From Deltaproteobacteria bacterium (lineage in GTDB: Bacteria > Desulfobacterota > GWC2-55-46): a DNA stretch of 32,472 nucleotides. The position numbers were made by a program, and so were the translations under genes. Every line of letters begins with the position of its first letter. Within the stretch, counting starts at the first letter, position 1. Under the pieces are notes generated by a model. That model had not been told where the DNA came from. It did not search any database and saw only the letters and a program-made list of their open reading frames with translations. Positions 25,102-32,472 of the stretch are shown in pieces. Where the stretch lies: the NCBI GenBank assembly GCA_016218095.1, contig JACREV010000048.1, positions 1 through 32,472 on the forward strand, given 5' to 3'.

Positions 25102-27621
25102 TCACCTCCTCGGGTGCTTTACCCTCCTCGTAGGCTCGGCCTCCACGGGGTCATCCGGCCAGTGGTGTTTTGGGTACCTCCCCTTCATCTCCTTTTTGAC
25201 GAGCTCATAGCTCGTCTTCCAGAAGCCCTTGAGGTCGTCCGTTACCTGAAGCGGCCGCCCGGCAGGCGACAAGAGGTGGATGAGGAGCGGGACCTTTCCA
25301 CGCAGAACAGCCGGGGTCCTCTCGCACCCGAACATCTCCTGGAGTTTTACCGCGAGGACGGGCCTCTCACCGGAGTAATCTATCCGTATTACCGACCCGC
25401 TCGGGACCTTTATGGAGGCCGGGGCAAGCTCGTCCAGCTTCTTTTTGTCTTCCCATGAAAAAAGAGAGATGAGGCAATCGCTCAAGTCGATTTTTTTAAG
25501 CTCCTCCAAGCGGGTCATGCCCATGGCCCTTTTGCCGAGCCACTTTTCCAGGTTATCGAAGAGCCAGTCGTTTGAAAGGTCAGGTAATCCGGCCTCTCTT
25601 GCGGCGCGCCTCAGGAAGGCGACGCGCGCACGGAACTCCTCCGAGGCCCTGTCCCAGGGCATGGCGGACGCGTTCTCCTTAACGCCTTCAAGGAACGCGG
25701 CGAGGACCTTCGTCTTGTCCGGGCCTTTGAGCGGCTCGTCCTTTATGACGATGTTCCAGTACCTAAGACGCCTCCTCGTTGAGACCGCCTTCTCCCCTTG
25801 GTCCCATGAGACCGACTCGTCTACATCCATCTCGTCGGCGAATAGTTCGAGTATCTCGGATTCCTTTATCGGGGAGGCGAGGAAGACAGCCGACTCCCTA
25901 TCCCCGCCGTCAAGGCTTCCAGCGACGATGTACTCTTCCATCGATAGCGCGTCGACCCCCCGGATAAACGCGCCCCTGCCGTTGGCGAGGAGGAATCGCG
26001 CTTCTTTCCCTTCGCGCCTCTTTCCGACCCTGTCAGGGTAGGCGAGCGCGAGGAGCACTCCGGTCCTTTCGATGTCAGCGCGGCCTTTCTTTATTCCGAG
26101 CTCGCGCTCGATTCTACGCGCGGACTGCTTCACGCGCTCCATGACGGTTCTATCCGCCTGAAGAGGGGCCTGCGCGTCTCCCGTAAGACAATGGAGCCTC
26201 TGCCTTATGTCCGTATCCCTTTCGTTTTTGAATATGTCCCTTTCCATGAGGAGCGCGGATAAGAGGCAGGCGAGAGCGCCTTCGCCCATCTCCGCGCCCT
26301 TCACAACCATGTGCCCGAGACGCGGGTGGAGCGGGAGCCGCGAGACGGCGGAGCCGTGCGGGGTAATCCCGCCGACGCTATCGATTGCGCCGAGGTGGAG
26401 GAGTATCTCTTTCGCCTGCGACATCGCCGCAGGAGGGGGCGGGTCGAGCCATTTGAGGGACAACGGGTCTTTTACGCCCCACGCCGAGAGCTCGAGAGCA
26501 AGGGGCGCGAGGTCGGCCTCCAGTATCTCCGGCGTCGACTTCTCCTTGAGCGTCCGGTCCTCGTCCTCTGTCCAGAGGCGCAGGCACAGGCCGGGCGCGG
26601 TCCTTCCGGCGCGGCCCTTTCTCTGGTCGGAGGAATCCCTTGTGACCCTGATGGTCTCGAGCCTCTCCATGCCGGTCCCCGGAGAGAACCTTGGCGTCCT
26701 CTTGAGCCCCCCGTCTATTACAATCCTTACGCCGTCTATCGTAATGCTCGTCTCGGCTATGGACGTCGCAAGCACGACCTTTCTCCTGCCCGTAGGCGAA
26801 GGCCTTATCGCCTCGTCCTGCGCCTCGCGCGCGAGGTCGCCGTAAAGGCACATGATATCGACTCCGGGAGGGAGCGTCTTTTCTTTCAGCGCCGCTTCAG
26901 TCCTCTTTATCTCAGAAGCGCCCGGGAGGAACACGAGGATGCTCCCTTCCTCTTCCTTAAGGGATGAGAGTACAGCGCCTGTCACCCGGGATATGAACTC
27001 GGGGCCGGTCAAGTATCCGGCGCGCTCCGGCCTTGACGCCTTCGGGAGATAACGGACCTCGACCGGGAAGGCCCTGCCGGAGCAGCTAACGACAGGCGCG
27101 TCCCCGAGGAGCGAGGAGATCCCGGCGGTGTCGATCGTCGCCGACATGACGAGCACGCGCAAGTCCTCACGGAAGACGGAGCGGGCCTCTAATGTGAGAG
27201 CGAGCCCCAGGTCTGCGTGTATCGACCTTTCGTGGAACTCATCGAATATGATCGCCGCTATGCCTTCGAGCGAGGGGTCTCCCTGGAGGAACCGCGTGAG
27301 TATGCCTTCGGTGACGACCTCTATTTTAGTGTTTGGCCCGATGCGGGAATCGAGCCGTGTCCTGTAGCCGACCGTGGCGCCGACGTCTTCCCCTAAAAGA
27401 GCGGACATCCTCGATGCCGCGGCCCTGGCCGCAAGCCTCCTCGGCTCCAGCATGACGATGCGCCTGCCTGAAACCCACCTTTCGCCGAGAAGGGCGAGGG
27501 GGACTATCGTAGTCTTACCCGCCCCGGGCGGCGCTTCGAGGACATCGGAACCGAAGCCGTCGAGCGCGCGGCGTACTTCCGGTATCGTATCTTCTATGGG
27601 CAGTCCGGTCTTAAGGTCCAT
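25102..27621 (-). CDS. hrpB: ATP-dependent RNA helicase HrpB
   Basis: APPGAGKTT, EPRRLAAR, DEFHERS, MSAT, LATSIAETSITI, QRKGRAGR, and C-terminal LAVKLQEMFG, LLSPAGRPLQVT, KGRYPKH-x-WP. Confidence 0.96.
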   Translation of the reverse strand: MDLKTGLPIEDTIPEVRRALDGFGSDVLEAPPGAGKTTIVPLALLGERWVSGRRIVMLEPRRLAARAAASRMSALLGEDVGATVGYRTRLDSRIGPNTKIEVVTEGILTRFLQGDPSLEGIAAIIFDEFHERSIHADLGLALTLEARSVFREDLRVLVMSATIDTAGISSLLGDAPVVSCSGRAFPVEVRYLPKASRPERAGYLTGPEFISRVTGAVLSSLKEEEGSILVFLPGASEIKRTEAALKEKTLPPGVDIMCLYGDLAREAQDEAIRPSPTGRRKVVLATSIAETSITIDGVRIVIDGGLKRTPRFSPGTGMERLETIRVTRDSSDQRKGRAGRTAPGLCLRLWTEDEDRTLKEKSTPEILEADLAPLALELSAWGVKDPLSLKWLDPPPPAAMSQAKEILLHLGAIDSVGGITPHGSAVSRLPLHPRLGHMVVKGAEMGEGALACLLSALLMERDIFKNERDTDIRQRLHCLTGDAQAPLQADRTVMERVKQSARRIERELGIKKGRADIERTGVLLALAYPDRVGKRREGKEARFLLANGRGAFIRGVDALSMEEYIVAGSLDGGDRESAVFLASPIKESEILELFADEMDVDESVSWDQGEKAVSTRRRLRYWNIVIKDEPLKGPDKTKVLAAFLEGVKENASAMPWDRASEEFRARVAFLRRAAREAGLPDLSNDWLFDNLEKWLGKRAMGMTRLEELKKIDLSDCLISLFSWEDKKKLDELAPASIKVPSGSVIRIDYSGERPVLAVKLQEMFGCERTPAVLRGKVPLLIHLLSPAGRPLQVTDDLKGFWKTSYELVKKEMKGRYPKHHWPDDPVEAEPTRRVKHPRR

Positions 27622-27731
27622 CGGTCCATGATAACAAATTTAAGTGCAGGCTTCGAGGATTACGGCGATTGATAATCTCCCCCTTAACGGATAGAATAAA
27701 TATCCAGGATATCCGAAGGGGGCATTTAGCG

Positions 27732-28928
27732 GTGAATATTAATAAGAAGCTCGCGGTCATAATGGCCGGGCTCCCGGCAAGGGGGAAGAGCTACCTGTCG
27801 CTCAGGCTCCAGAGGTACCTCGAATGGCAGGGGTACAGGGCGCGCATATTCAACGTCGGCGCGTACAGGAGGGAGTCCCTCGGGCCGGCGTCGTCCAAGA
27901 GCGACTTCTTCGACCCGAGGGAGAGCGCGTTCTCGCGCGAGAGGGAGAGGATAGCCAAGCGGTGCTTCGCCGACTTGGCCGGATGGCTTGAAAGCGGCGG
28001 GGAGGTCGCCATATACGACGCGACGAACGTGACCGCGTCGAGGAGGGCCTACCTTAAGGACGAGTGCGAACGGCGCGGCTTCGCCTTTGTCTTTGTCGAG
28101 AACATCTGCGACGACCCTGGGATAATCGAGAAGATAATATGGATAAAGCTAGAGCACAGCGCCGACTACACCGGGTTCGGCAGGGACGCCGCAAGGGCCG
28201 ATTTTACAAGGAGGCTCGGCCACTACGAGGGCGTATACGAGCCAGTGTCGGATGTGGCGCACATGAAGATCATCAACTTCGGGCTCTCGGTCGTAAGGGC
28301 CTACGGCCTCGGCAACCCGTTTCTCGACGAGATAGCGGATTTTCTCGGGGCCGTGAACCTCATGGACAAGGAGGTGTTCCTGACGCGCCACGGCGAGACG
28401 TATTTCAATTGCGAGGACAGGATAGGCGGGGACTCGCCCCTGACGGATAAGGGAGTCGAATACGCCGGAAGGCTCGCCGCCCATTTCAAGGGGAGAGACC
28501 TCGTGGTATTTACGAGCGCCAAGAGGCGCACGATCGAGACCGCTTCCTTTTTCGACTGCGAGCGGGTCGTGCTCCCCGAGTTGAACGAGATAAACTCGGG
28601 CCTCTGCGACGGCCTCTCGTACGCGGAGATAACTGAGATGCACCCGGAGGTGAGCGAGGCGCGGAGCGACGACAAGTTCAACTTCAGGTATCCCGGAGGC
28701 GAGTCCTACAGGGACTTGATCCAGAGGGTAAAGAAGGCGGTCATAAGGATAGAGGCCGAAAAGAGGGACGTACTCGTCATAGCCCACAGGGCCGTCAACC
28801 GCTGTCTCGTATCGTACTTCATCCCCACGCCCCCCGAAGAGGTCCCTTACATAGAGATGCCGCTCGACAGGATAATAAGGATCGCGCGCCTGAACGCCCA
28901 TTACGGGTGCGACTGGAAGGTGATATGA
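27732..28928 (+). CDS. Bifunctional 6-phosphofructo-2-kinase/fructose-2,6-bisphosphatase-like protein (PFKFB architecture)
   Basis: Kinase: MAGLPARGKS, IFNVGAYRR, DFFDP, AIYDATN, FVENICDDP, SADY, DF-x2-R-x3-Y. Phosphatase: LTRHGET, RIGGDS, LNEI-x2-G-x-C, DKF-x-FRYPGGESY-x-DL, VIAHRAV-x-RCL. GTG start at 27732 after AAGGGGG. Confidence 0.9.
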   Translation: MNINKKLAVIMAGLPARGKSYLSLRLQRYLEWQGYRARIFNVGAYRRESLGPASSKSDFFDPRESAFSRERERIAKRCFADLAGWLESGGEVAIYDATNVTASRRAYLKDECERRGFAFVFVENICDDPGIIEKIIWIKLEHSADYTGFGRDAARADFTRRLGHYEGVYEPVSDVAHMKIINFGLSVVRAYGLGNPFLDEIADFLGAVNLMDKEVFLTRHGETYFNCEDRIGGDSPLTDKGVEYAGRLAAHFKGRDLVVFTSAKRRTIETASFFDCERVVLPELNEINSGLCDGLSYAEITEMHPEVSEARSDDKFNFRYPGGESYRDLIQRVKKAVIRIEAEKRDVLVIAHRAVNRCLVSYFIPTPPEEVPYIEMPLDRIIRIARLNAHYGCDWKVI

Positions 28929-29207
28929 GCCTGGCCGCGTAAGACCTTCTTCCCTATCCGTCCCTCCGCCTCTCATTCGGGGAAAGCCGGATTCTGTTTT
29001 CTTTTGCCGGGCGATCCCCATTTTCCAAGTCATATTTCCCCCCTACAGGCGCGTCATTCAACGAGCCGTTTAGGGGGCGCCATCGCCCCGAGTTCTGTAA
29101 TCACGGTCACCGCCTTAATCCCCCGATGCATATAGAATTGCCCCTTGAGAGGACCGGCAGATCCGGGCATACCATGCAGATTTTTCGAAGAGGGGGGCTT
29201 TGAAAGT

Positions 29208-29534
29208 ATGCGGCACAGCAAAGTCATGGTCGAGGCCAGAGGGCCTATAAGGATAGTGGCCGCGCGGAGGTCTTCCAAGGTAGTCGAGTACGAGGTGAGG
29301 GAGTTCTCGGAGCCGGGGTCTATCCCGAACTGGTTCATGGGGGTGGTGCTGTTACTGCGCGACGAGATACAGGAAGACGAGAAGATAGTGGTCCACGACA
29401 AGATCATAAAGATAGTGAAGAAGACCCCGCTCGACAAGCTCGTCGACTGGGTGCGCCGCTTCAAGACCCATGGCGCCGGCGACGAAGGGGATGGGGACAA
29501 CGGGTCCGAGCGGGACGAGGCCTTTAAGAACTGA
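29208..29534 (+). CDS. Hypothetical protein (~108 aa)
   Basis: Host-like codon use from the ATG at 29208 (or 29226), followed by a strong terminator. No recognisable motif. Confidence 0.6.
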   Translation: MRHSKVMVEARGPIRIVAARRSSKVVEYEVREFSEPGSIPNWFMGVVLLLRDEIQEDEKIVVHDKIIKIVKKTPLDKLVDWVRRFKTHGAGDEGDGDNGSERDEAFKN

Positions 29535-29556
29535 GTACGGAGAGACCGGCCTCTCG

Positions 29557-29589
29557 ACGGCGCTCGGGCAACCGAGCGCCGTTTTTTTT
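29557..29589 (+). terminator. Rho-independent terminator
   Basis: ACGGCGCTCGG-GCAA-CCGAGCGCCGT followed by a T run. Confidence 0.9.
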
Positions 29590-29619
29590 CCTCCAGCTCC
29601 CCCCGCCTTGCTCTAAATA

Positions 29620-29648
29620 TTGTAAAAACCGGATCGAAAAGGTATAAT
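29620..29648 (+). promoter_or_regulatory. Sigma70 promoter (TTGTAA-N17-TATAAT)
   Basis: -35 at 29620-29625 and -10 at 29643-29648, 19 nt before the ATG at 29668. Confidence 0.65.
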
Positions 29649-29667
29649 ACGCGTACACAGAAAACCC

Positions 29668-32472
29668 ATGAAGAACCTTTCTCTATCCCAGAAGGCCCTT
29701 TTGGCGGTCTTCATCATACTGCTCCCGATAACCCTCACCTTCGTCTACGGCTACAGGAAAAACAAGGAGCAGTTGAAGGGCGCGGTCCTCAAAGAGATGA
29801 CCGTCATAGCCGAGGCCTACGAGGGGCAGGTCCTGCAACACCTCGATGTCGTAAAGAGGCGTGTCGCGGGTCTCTCCGCCGACAAGTCGATAAAGGCGTT
29901 CGCTAGGGAGGCCGTTGCCGGAAAGAAAGGCTCCGCAGGGCGCTTGGCGTCCTATTTCATCAGTGAAAACGCCGAATACGGTATCGGCATAAAGACGATA
30001 AGCCTGATTTCCCCCGTTGGAAGGGTCCTCGCCTCGACCGACCCGTCCAGGGTCGGTCAGGACCGTGCTCTCAATGAGAGTTTCTTAAGGGGCTCCTCAA
30101 ATACCTCGATAGCCGAGGAGAAGAACATCGGCTCCGGCATCCCCGAGATCGCGATCTCCGCGCCGGTGCTCGACGGGGCCTCCGGCGGCCTCTTGGGCGT
30201 GATAACGGCCACGGTCCCCTTTTCAGATTTGAACCGCCTTCTAAGCGGCGAATCCAACAAGGAGCTCGGCGCCCTTTCATGGTCAAAGGGCAGGCACGAG
30301 ACCATGGAGGTATATCTCGTCAACCGCGACCGCGTCATGCTCACCGACTCGATATTCATCAAGGACGCGGCGATGAGGCAGAAGGCCGCCACCGACCCGG
30401 TCGGCAAGTGCCTGGAGGCCGGCATCGAGATGACGGGCTTCTACAAGGACTACAGGGGCATTGAGGTCGCCGGGGCATCGATGTGCTTCCCCGGGGTCGG
30501 CTGGACGCTCCTTGTCGAGACCGACGAGTCCGAGGTCGTGCGCCCGGCTGAAGAGATGCTCAAAAGCGCGGTCATAGGCGCGGCCATGGCCGGCATCCTC
30601 ATCATCGCGTTCTATATCCTGATCATAAGAAAGATGGTCAAGAGGGTCGGCAGGCTCGCCAAGGCCGCGGGCGAGATAGCCTCAGGCAACTACGACGTGG
30701 CCCTTCAGGTGAAATCTCTCGATGAGATAGGCGAGCTCAACATGGCCTTTAACACGATGGCCCGGGACATAAGGGAGAGGAACGCCGAGATCTTGATGGA
30801 AAAGGACAGGGCGCGCATGTACCTCGACCTCGCCGGCGTAGTCATCGTCGCCATCGGGCTCGATGAGAAAGTGAGGCTCATAAACAGGAAGGGGTGCGAT
30901 CTCCTGGGACTGCGCGCAGAGTACATAATAGGGTTGAACTGGTTCGAGAGCTTCGTCCCGGAGCATTCGCGCGAGGAGATGAGGGAGTGTTTCAGGAGGT
31001 ACCTTAAAGGCGAGGAGAAGACCGACTATTACGAAAAAGACATAGTGACGGCCGAGGGGGGAGTGAGGACCGTCGCCTGGCACAACACGGTCCTCCGGGA
31101 CCTGTCCGGCGCGGTCATAGGCACCCTCTCCTCCGGCGAGGACGTTACCGATAAGAGGAGGGCCGAGGAGGCCTTAAGGATATCCGAGAGAAAGTACAGG
31201 ACCATCCTCGATGAGTCGAGGGACGTCATATTCGTCGCCACACCCGATCTAAGGCTCATGGACCTGAACCCGGTGGCCGAGGAGGTCTTCGGGTACCGGC
31301 TCACGGAGCTCGTCGGAAAGCGCCTCGAAGGGTTGTTCATAGAGGAATCGGACCGGGAGAGGTTCAAGGGCGCGATCCGGGAAAGGGGGGAGGTCAAGGG
31401 GTTTGACGCGCGCGTGAGGAAAAAAGACGCTCAGGAGATATGGCTCTCGATCTCGGCCAGGCGCGTCGAGGAGACCGGCGGCCCCATATGCCGGGGCATA
31501 ATGCGCGACATAACGATGCATAAGCACCTCGAGGCCCAGCTCCTCCAGGCCCAGAAGATGGAGGCGGTGGGTCAGCTCACGGGGGGCATCGCCCACGACT
31601 TCAACAACATCCTTACGGCCATCATGAGCTCGGCGGGCCTCCTCGAGCTCATGCTCCCGGGTGAATCGAAGCAGATGCACTACGTCCGCCAGATCGTGTC
31701 GTCGGCGGAAAGGGCCTCGAACCTCACCCGCGGGCTCCTCGCCTTCAGCAGGAAGACGCTCGTGGAATTGAAACCCGTAAGGGTGAACGAGATAATAAGG
31801 AACACCGAGAGGCTCCTCTCCCGGCTCATAGGCGAGGACATCGACTTCAAGGTCTCGCTTACGGACGCCGACCCGGTGGTCACGGCCGACGTCTCCCAGA
31901 TAGAGCAGGTCCTCATGAACCTCGCCACTAACGCAAGGGACGCCATGCCCTCCGGGGGCGCGCTCTCCATCTCGACCGGGACGATAAGCCTCGCCCACGA
32001 GTCGATGAAGGAACAGGCCTACATGCGCCCCGGCGAATACGCTCTCATTACCGTCTCCGACACCGGCACAGGCATGGAGAGAAGGGTGGTCGAGAGGATC
32101 TTCGACCCGTTCTTCACGACAAAAGAGGTCGGCAAGGGCACCGGGCTCGGCCTCGCCATCGCCTACGGCATAATGAAACAGCACAACGGCTACATAAACG
32201 TCTACAGCGAGCCGGGGGTCGGAACCCAGTTCAAGCTGTATCTGCCTCTGGCCGGGATAAAGGCCGAAGAGGAGGATAAGATAAGGTCCGAGGCCCCCCA
32301 GGGCGGGACGGAGACGATACTCCTTGCCGAGGACGACGCGGAGGTGAGGAACCTCATAAAGGCCCTTCTCGAGGAGTTCGGCTACACGGTCATCGAGGCG
32401 GGAAACGGCGAGGAGGCGGTAAGGAAGTACGCGGAGCTGGGCAAAGATGTCGACTTGCTCGTCCTCGACGTC
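29668..32472 (+). CDS. Membrane hybrid sensor histidine kinase (TM-Cache-TM-HAMP-PAS-PAS-HisKA-HATPase-REC), 3'-truncated by window edge
   Basis: Absent from the ORF track because it has no stop in the window. Translated by hand: [87 protein letters not shown]. Confidence 0.92.
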   Translation, partial: MKNLSLSQKALLAVFIILLPITLTFVYGYRKNKEQLKGAVLKEMTVIAEAYEGQVLQHLDVVKRRVAGLSADKSIKAFAREAVAGKKGSAGRLASYFISENAEYGIGIKTISLISPVGRVLASTDPSRVGQDRALNESFLRGSSNTSIAEEKNIGSGIPEIAISAPVLDGASGGLLGVITATVPFSDLNRLLSGESNKELGALSWSKGRHETMEVYLVNRDRVMLTDSIFIKDAAMRQKAATDPVGKCLEAGIEMTGFYKDYRGIEVAGASMCFPGVGWTLLVETDESEVVRPAEEMLKSAVIGAAMAGILIIAFYILIIRKMVKRVGRLAKAAGEIASGNYDVALQVKSLDEIGELNMAFNTMARDIRERNAEILMEKDRARMYLDLAGVVIVAIGLDEKVRLINRKGCDLLGLRAEYIIGLNWFESFVPEHSREEMRECFRRYLKGEEKTDYYEKDIVTAEGGVRTVAWHNTVLRDLSGAVIGTLSSGEDVTDKRRAEEALRISERKYRTILDESRDVIFVATPDLRLMDLNPVAEEVFGYRLTELVGKRLEGLFIEESDRERFKGAIRERGEVKGFDARVRKKDAQEIWLSISARRVEETGGPICRGIMRDITMHKHLEAQLLQAQKMEAVGQLTGGIAHDFNNILTAIMSSAGLLELMLPGESKQMHYVRQIVSSAERASNLTRGLLAFSRKTLVELKPVRVNEIIRNTERLLSRLIGEDIDFKVSLTDADPVVTADVSQIEQVLMNLATNARDAMPSGGALSISTGTISLAHESMKEQAYMRPGEYALITVSDTGTGMERRVVERIFDPFFTTKEVGKGTGLGLAIAYGIMKQHNGYINVYSEPGVGTQFKLYLPLAGIKAEEEDKIRSEAPQGGTETILLAEDDAEVRNLIKALLEEFGYTVIEAGNGEEAVRKYAELGKDVDLLVLDV

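Noticed and set aside
24628-25210. ORFs 24628-24903 and 24887-25210 (+)
   Set aside because: They are antisense to or overlap the epimerase leader and the hrpB end, with no motifs and atypical codon use.

Overview
GC-rich bacterial chromosomal window. The gene content and heavy ATA/AGG codon use suggest an anaerobic deltaproteobacterium or Desulfobacterota-like organism, which is my inference. It holds about 27 genes. Two paralogous hybrid sensor kinases run off the window ends; the left one is coupled to a REC-HD-GYP phosphodiesterase. Other genes: a diheme cytochrome b with an OmpR-family two-component system, a mini-HAD plus Cys-rich peptide operon, and an AT-rich restriction-modification island pairing a NotI-family nuclease with a Dam-like methylase. 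Also present are pirin, tpx, a lipoprotein-rhomboid-NAPRTase operon, a GT2/methyltransferase/TMTC-like glycosylation operon, usp-tatB-tatC, galE-like and Wzz-like genes, and hrpB. The most striking gene is a full-length eukaryote-type bifunctional 6-phosphofructo-2-kinase/fructose-2,6-bisphosphatase. Non-coding highlights are a TAATC-N6-TAATC box 9-10 bp upstream of three -10 elements (candidate regulon), a 288-bp nested inverted array of ~85-90-bp units, and three REP-like palindrome families. No rRNA, tRNA, CRISPR array or transposase was seen. All calls come from reading motifs by eye, with no database searches.
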